Source: Prevotella sp. UBA1104 (lineage in GTDB: Bacteria > Bacteroidota > Bacteroidia > Bacteroidales > Bacteroidaceae). Taken from it: a DNA stretch of 64,000 bases. The stretch is from positions 19,511 to 83,510 of the forward strand of contig DCBP01000096.1 in assembly GCA_002314055.1 (NCBI GenBank), written 5' to 3'. Both the position numbers and the translations under genes were made by a program. Below are positions 58,727 through 64,000 of this stretch, in pieces. Below the pieces are notes generated by a model. That model saw only the letters and a list, made by a program, of their open reading frames with translations. It searched no databases and was not told the DNA's origin. Positions within the stretch are counted from its first letter, which is position 1, and every line of letters starts with the position of its first letter.

Positions 58727-59839
58727 TTACGGAAGCGAGTCAAAGAGCGCCTTAGCAGAGTTTGTGGTGTCGTAGAACCTTTCGATGTCAGACTTTTCGG
58801 AATTGGCGCCGCTTTTATTGTCGACGACGTTGTTAGTAGAGTCCGCCGGCAGTTTGTTGACCTTCTCCAGAAGAGAGTTGTTAGCATTAGTCAAGTCCTC
58901 GACCTGCTTCTTTAAGTTGGCGATAGACTCCTCCCTCTTCTTGAAGGCATCCTCGATAGAGTCGAGTTGTGCGGAAGAAAGAGAGAAAGCGTCATTCCCG
59001 GAAGCGAGAGCCTCGCAACCGAGAATGGCACAGATGTACTTGAAAGTTTTGTTCATAAGAGTAGAGCTGTTGTTAGAGTTGTTGATATCATTAGCATTAT
59101 TTGTGTCGGTAACGTCAAAAGCTTCAGTATTGTTATTGCAGTTATCCTTAGAATTCGAGTGGAACGCCGCCGCAATGGTCTGCATGAAACGCTTGAAAGC
59201 GCTGATGTCGTCAGCCTTTGTCTTATCAGAGATATTTGCCGGCAGCGGAATACCGTGAGCGGTGCAGTCCGCGACGACAGCCTCGGTAATGACAGGAGCT
59301 TGCTCGTCGTCAAACTCCGTGAGTTCATCCACGAAGCCCCATTCAAGAGCCTCCTGCGCCGACAGCCATCCGCCCTGTTTCATAAGAGCGAGAAGATCCG
59401 CCGATTTTTTCTTACAGCGGTTGGCATAGATAGCGGCGATGTTGGCATCAATCTTGTCGAGGTCATTCTTCTGCTTGGTGAGGTTGTCGATAAGATTCTG
59501 CATGTCCGTGGCGTTCAGGCTGCCCCATTCAAAGAACGCCTGGCTGCACTGATGCACAAGATACATCGCCGAGCGGTCCATGGAGATGTGCTTTGCACCC
59601 ATGGAAGCCACGGTGGCGGCACTGGCGTTCATGCCGACGAAATGAGCATGAACGTTGCCGTGCCGCCTGAAAGCAGACGAAATGGAAAGCGCAGTAGAGA
59701 GGTTGCCGCCAAGAGAATCGATAAGAACCGACACTTCCTTGTCAGTGTTCTTGTTAAGAATGAAATCGACATAGTCAGAATCGAAGTCCCAACCGCCGAC
59801 ATATCCCTTTAGGTGAAGATTGTATTTGGTCTTTGCCAT
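58727..59839 (-). CDS. ClpP-like prohead protease with C-terminal scaffold
   Basis: IDSLGG, ASAAT (Ser nucleophile), LVH, WLSAQEALEWGFVDE; coiled-coil tail. Confidence 0.88.
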   Translation of the reverse strand: MAKTKYNLHLKGYVGGWDFDSDYVDFILNKNTDKEVSVLIDSLGGNLSTALSISSAFRRHGNVHAHFVGMNASAATVASMGAKHISMDRSAMYLVHQCSQAFFEWGSLNATDMQNLIDNLTKQKNDLDKIDANIAAIYANRCKKKSADLLALMKQGGWLSAQEALEWGFVDELTEFDDEQAPVITEAVVADCTAHGIPLPANISDKTKADDISAFKRFMQTIAAAFHSNSKDNCNNNTEAFDVTDTNNANDINNSNNSSTLMNKTFKYICAILGCEALASGNDAFSLSSAQLDSIEDAFKKREESIANLKKQVEDLTNANNSLLEKVNKLPADSTNNVVDNKSGANSEKSDIERFYDTTNSAKALFDSLP

Positions 59840-59860
59840 GATAAATTGTTTGATGTGGGG

Positions 59861-59895
59861 CAAAGATACCTTATTATATATTATATCAAAAAGAC
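59861..59895 (-). promoter_or_regulatory. Element-specific promoter GTCTTTT-N20-TATCTTTG (head operon)
   Basis: Exact motif. Confidence 0.7.
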
Positions 59896-60135
59896 AGGCT
59901 TTTTGATAATTAGGAATTAGGAAAGAGGAATTAGGAATGAATTGGTCGATGACTAAAATTTGGAATGAGGAGAAGAGCAAAAAAATTTTTTCTCAAAGTT
60001 TGGACAGATTTTGGCCGTTATAGTTGTAACAAGCGTTTTGAAAATGTAAGTAGTTGAAAATCAAGAAAATAAGTTTGTGGGTTATGTAACAGACAGTTAC
60101 AAAACGCCCCAAGATGTTACAAAAATCAAGGAAAA

Positions 60136-60549
60136 TCAGGCAAAACAGGGGATGAGAGCCATGGAATTAGAGTAAGAAACGGCAAATTTGTTCACCGCCT
60201 TCTCGTTGTCGAGAGAGCCTGAAGTAGACGAAAATTTGACGATTGGGAAGGGATGCTCCTTCGTTCCGACAAGAAAAGTCTTGCCGTTCACCGTTTCAAT
60301 GATGAAACAGATATGAGCATGAGTTGGAAGAGAGTCAAGCGAAGAAAACGAGAGTTGCACCTTTTCAATGCAGCCGTTGTTTTGGAATTGCGAATCCGTT
60401 TCGCAGATAGCATCCCCGACAAGGGCGACAGGAACAGCATCGGCAAAGACCGCCACAGGGACGTTAGCCAACGCCCTTTGCAATATGTTTGCAAGAAGCG
60501 AGTCAGCAAACACATATCTTATAGTCTTGATGCCTGGAAGTCTGTTCAT
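60136..60549 (-). CDS. Phage hypothetical protein
   Basis: 137 aa, LPGIKTIRY start resembling the 56818-57375 protein. Confidence 0.6.
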   Translation of the reverse strand: MNRLPGIKTIRYVFADSLLANILQRALANVPVAVFADAVPVALVGDAICETDSQFQNNGCIEKVQLSFSSLDSLPTHAHICFIIETVNGKTFLVGTKEHPFPIVKFSSTSGSLDNEKAVNKFAVSYSNSMALIPCFA

Positions 60550-60606
60550 ATATACAAATTCAAATAAAATTCTGCCGTTTCTTCAAAAAATCGTAAAACC
60601 GAAAAA

Positions 60607-61095
60607 TCACCCTTTCAGTCGTTGTCTTTTTTTCGTCTTACACTCATTAGTGAGATAATTCTTACGAAGCCGTTGGTAATTCTTAGCGATAGAATCCCAA
60701 CAAGAGCCATCCTCCGTGATGCCGCGCTGCTCCATAAAGAGGTAAATCAGATCCTTCTGTTGCCTGCCGATAACCCCGAAATCATGAAGGAAGTTCCAGC
60801 AGTCCACGTCAAACGAGTTTTTTATGTTAGCGACAAGCGCCCGTTTCCCCGTATCCGTGATATGGTTGTACGTCCGAGGGTCAAGCGGTTTGGAGTAGGG
60901 AATACAAATTGCGACCTCATCCTTCTGCGGAGAGTGGAAAAAACCGCCGGGCGGTTGCTTGGTAAGAGCAAGCTTCAGCAACTTCGACTCGATGCAGCCA
61001 TTCGTAAGGCGCACCGGCTCGTTGCCTCCGTGACGGTGGATAAACCACTGGCGGAGATAACTCGGAAGTTTTATGTAAACGTGATAGTCGCTCAT
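60607..61095 (-). CDS. Phage hypothetical protein (candidate late activator)
   Basis: Basic, C-terminal HTH-like segment; between primase and head operon. Confidence 0.55.
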   Translation of the reverse strand: MSDYHVYIKLPSYLRQWFIHRHGGNEPVRLTNGCIESKLLKLALTKQPPGGFFHSPQKDEVAICIPYSKPLDPRTYNHITDTGKRALVANIKNSFDVDCWNFLHDFGVIGRQQKDLIYLFMEQRGITEDGSCWDSIAKNYQRLRKNYLTNECKTKKRQRLKG

Positions 61096-61250
61096 TGTTG
61101 TAAGAATTTGCACAAAGATAGAAGAAAATTTGCGTACATTCATCTTATTTGAAAAATATTTAACAACATTTGGTTCATAAGTTTGTTAGTTTGTTTATAA
61201 ATGAATACCTTTGCTGATAAGAATTGTTTAACATTTAAAATATAATATTT

Positions 61251-61652
61251 ATGGAAGTATTTTTGTCTTTAATTTTATTGGTTTTTGGTATTTTGCAAAT
61301 TATTTTGTTTTTCAAAATTTGGGAAATGACGAATGATGTCAAAGACATGAAAAATAAAATGCTTGGTTCATATACAGAGGATACAGAGTTTTTAATAAGA
61401 AAAAACAGAGCTATTGGAAATAACGAAAAGGTTGCTGAAATATTGATTGAGGAGTTGTTATGCAGTTTTGAAAAATATATTAATAGTGCTGAATATTATG
61501 CATCAACTGATTTAAGTGAGAATATTGCAGAACTTGAAAAGAAGTTGCAGGTTTTAGGAGTAGAACTTCCTTCAGGTTTGAGAAAGATAAAAAATGCGAA
61601 AGATTTCAAAGATCTCAGTAGAATAAGAGTTCCAAAAGAAGAAAAAAAGTAG
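61251..61652 (+). CDS. Membrane-anchored hypothetical protein (cargo)
   Basis: N-terminal TM LQIILFFKIWEMTNDV; own TACCTTTG element and terminator. Confidence 0.72.
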   Translation: MEVFLSLILLVFGILQIILFFKIWEMTNDVKDMKNKMLGSYTEDTEFLIRKNRAIGNNEKVAEILIEELLCSFEKYINSAEYYASTDLSENIAELEKKLQVLGVELPSGLRKIKNAKDFKDLSRIRVPKEEKK

Positions 61653-61668
61653 CAGTTAATTAGTTTAT

Positions 61669-61706
61669 AAGCCGAAGTAACGAATTAAGTTCTTCGGCTT
61701 TATTTA
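61669..61706 (+). terminator. Intrinsic terminator
   Basis: AAGCCGAAG...CTTCGGCTT followed by a T-rich run. Confidence 0.65.
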
Positions 61707-61950
61707 TGCTTTGAATAAGAGCAAGAGAAATTTTTAGTAAAATGTAAACAAAAAGTATAAATGTTACAAGAAGTTACAGGTAATTACAAGAAAAATAGAC
61801 CCTTATATGCTTGAAATAAAGAGTGTTACATTGAATTACAATAATTACACCACTTTTCCGCCCAAAATAAAACGTACGAAAAAAAATGTTTGTTTGTTCA
61901 TAAACGAAATCCAGGAAAAGAAAGCTCCCCAAATTTACAGACATTAACAT

Positions 61951-61983
61951 AAAAAGAACCGCCGAGACATCTCTGCCCCGGCG
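61951..61983 (-). terminator. Terminator of the primase/helicase gene
   Basis: Minus strand CGCCGGGGCA-gaga-TGTCTCGGCG then GTTCTTTTT. Confidence 0.7.
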
Positions 61984-62019
61984 ATACCAAAATTATGATA
62001 GAAAGAAATTAATAAAACA

Positions 62020-63999
62020 TTAGAAAGGTCTGTCGTCCGGCTCATCCGCCGACGAAAGAAGACTGATGCCAAAGGCAGAAGCCAGGCTCTCATAATCAAA
62101 GCAATAAGCACGTTGCGCCATTGTCAGTTTGGGAGCCGATCCACCCGGACCCAATTTTGAAATGTCGTATTGCAGAACACCCTTCTTATAGACATCAAAT
62201 CGAACCACCTTTTCCCCCAGGTAAGCCCGACTGTTCTGAAGATAATACTTCAGGGCATCAACCGGCAGCACCTTCTCGTTAGCCATGCGCCCCTCCTTAC
62301 GGTAGAGATTAAAGATACGCGTTTTCTGCAGAAAGAGAACCGGGTGTTCCGATTGCCAAAACGCATCAATTATGTCCGACTTGAATTTTCCGCAATATTG
62401 GATTTTGTAGTCGCCACCCTCAATAAGTTCGCCATCCGAAACCAGATACTGCACTATATTCCAGAAGTTGCCGAGTTCGCCATTTGTCTTGCACTCCGCA
62501 TTTTGTTTCTTTATGCCCTCCACGGTAACATCCAACATCTTTTTATATGGAAGAGTAGGGATGCAGTCCTGCAACACTTTAAGCGCCGCCAGAGGCACAC
62601 ACCAGTTGTTCATGATACGGTCTTCCCCTTTTTCCTTTCCTAATTTATTCGCCACATCATCCTGTGCATCATGAAACGCCGTGGCCCATGCCTGTTCAAA
62701 GCGTTTCCGCTGCTTCTGGATTTCCAGCGTGATATGCGTCAGTCCCGGAGACCGCATTTCAAGAAGTTTCTTGTAGTTCAGTTTCTCCTCATTCGAAAAC
62801 TCCGACTTCGGGAACTGCAGGAAGATAAGACGAGAGAACAGCGCAATGTCCGCCGTCGGCATCTCCTGGCCAGAAAGGATGATGCCCGAATCCACCGCCG
62901 TAGTCTCCTTCTTCTTGTCAAGATCCATATTCATGCGAGTGCGCCCCGTGCCGTCCCACAGACCCTTCAGAAACTCGATAATCTTCACATCCAAGTCGTT
63001 CTTGTACTCATCAATATGCACAAGAGCGTTCGCCGACTGCGCCACCGTGTCATTAAGCGCCGAGGGCGTAGAGTTCTGAATGTTCGGAGCCGTGTAGCAA
63101 ATGGTAAAAAGAGAAAGCAGCGTGTGCCCCAATTCCGACTTGCCGCTGCCCTTAGGACCGAAAAGGTTGAGAATCGGGAACCAGTGGTTAGCCGACGAAG
63201 AAGTTACCACGTCGCGGAAGAGCGTGGCAAGATAAAAACAGAATCCGATGCGTCCGTTGTCGCCATACACTTTGAACAGTTGTTCAGTGAACTCCTGAAT
63301 CGAGATAGAAGAAAGGTTAAGATGCACAAACTGCTTTTCAAAATTAAAGAGTTTCGGGTCCGAGCGGTAAATCTGCGAACTCGCCGGTAGATAGAAGTTC
63401 CCCTTGTCCTTCAACCTGACAATACCGAACTCATCCGTTTCAATAAACTTAGTCCCGTCAAAAATACCGTTTCCGAAGGCAAAGAACCCTTGGCGCTGCC
63501 ATCCCATCTGCGTGATTTCCGTAGCCGTTTCCGTCTTCTCGTAAAGATACGATTTCAGTTTGGTCAGTTCCTTTTCAGTGCCTTTCCAGATAAAGTTGCC
63601 AAGCCCCTCAATCCTCTGCTTGAACTTCGCAAGAGCGATAAGATCCTCCTGCTTCAGTTCCAAAATCTCCTCATTTTCCATTTCGTTTTTGATTTTATAA
63701 AGTCGTTTCGGGTTAATGTTGTCCTTAATGTGAAACAAAGGTTTCATAGTAAAATTCGACCACTCGTAGACGCTGCCCTTCTCCGTGATCGACATGTAAC
63801 AGCCGTGAGAAATATAAAAGCCATACTTCCTGTTAAGGTCAGACTCGTTCTTCTCCTTCGATTTCTTGTCCTCCTCCTCACGGCGCTTCTTCTCGTTCTT
63901 AATCGCCTGGCTCCAAATCGTGCGCCCGGAATAAAACTTCGATAGTTTCGCAATATACATAGAAATACCCGTCTCGTCATCAATAAGCGAAAGAAGATA
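62020..63999 (-). CDS. Phage DNA primase/helicase, C-terminal ATPase part (5'-partial)
   Basis: WSNFTMKPLFHI, Walker A GPKGSGKS, Walker B HIDEY; frame open to the window edge. Confidence 0.8.
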   Translation of the reverse strand, partial: YLLSLIDDETGISMYIAKLSKFYSGRTIWSQAIKNEKKRREEEDKKSKEKNESDLNRKYGFYISHGCYMSITEKGSVYEWSNFTMKPLFHIKDNINPKRLYKIKNEMENEEILELKQEDLIALAKFKQRIEGLGNFIWKGTEKELTKLKSYLYEKTETATEITQMGWQRQGFFAFGNGIFDGTKFIETDEFGIVRLKDKGNFYLPASSQIYRSDPKLFNFEKQFVHLNLSSISIQEFTEQLFKVYGDNGRIGFCFYLATLFRDVVTSSSANHWFPILNLFGPKGSGKSELGHTLLSLFTICYTAPNIQNSTPSALNDTVAQSANALVHIDEYKNDLDVKIIEFLKGLWDGTGRTRMNMDLDKKKETTAVDSGIILSGQEMPTADIALFSRLIFLQFPKSEFSNEEKLNYKKLLEMRSPGLTHITLEIQKQRKRFEQAWATAFHDAQDDVANKLGKEKGEDRIMNNWCVPLAALKVLQDCIPTLPYKKMLDVTVEGIKKQNAECKTNGELGNFWNIVQYLVSDGELIEGGDYKIQYCGKFKSDIIDAFWQSEHPVLFLQKTRIFNLYRKEGRMANEKVLPVDALKYYLQNSRAYLGEKVVRFDVYKKGVLQYDISKLGPGGSAPKLTMAQRAYCFDYESLASAFGISLLSSADEPDDRPF

Positions 64000-64000
64000 A

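Larger units (their letters stand above)
23163..64000. mobile_element. Prophage integrated at the tRNA-Arg 3' end; right end outside the window
   Basis: Tyrosine integrase right after the tRNA, followed by tape measure, lysis, portal, terminase, capsid, protease and primase genes. Confidence 0.9.

Noticed and set aside
23163..64000. Diversity-generating retroelement or conjugation module
   Set aside because: No reverse transcriptase, no TR/VR pair noticed, and no relaxase or T4SS genes in the window; the unseen right part could hold them

Overview
Bacteroidales (Prevotella-like) chromosome segment in two parts. Bases 1-23.1 kb are host genes: dksA-like (partial), lspA, rho with a long N-terminal insert, an ABC-F ATPase, engB, a ClC channel, tsaC, glgB, a MORN protein, a four-carbon acid-sugar catabolic cluster, nadC, a C69 dipeptidase and tRNA-Arg(ACG). 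From the tRNA 3' end to beyond the window edge lies an integrated tailed-phage-like element: integrase, tail, tape measure, lysis cassette, portal, terminase, capsid, ClpP protease and primase/helicase. It carries a defence cargo of a C-M-R HpaII-like restriction-modification system, an ApeA-like HEPN protein, Vsr and a PD-(D/E)XK nuclease. The most striking signals are non-coding. (1) A ~1 kb highly base-paired region (31.38-32.35 kb) has many + strand G-U pairs and its own terminator, suggesting a large ornate ncRNA. (2) Seven exactly spaced GTCTTTT-N20-TAnnTTTG promoter-like motifs are specific to the element, and one points antisense into a three-repeat mini-array. (3) A hairpin has the geometry of a single-stranded-DNA promoter. 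(4) Strand-biased 7/8/9-mer tandem repeats with mini-hairpins sit at many gene junctions and also inside ORFs. All calls were made by eye without database searches.
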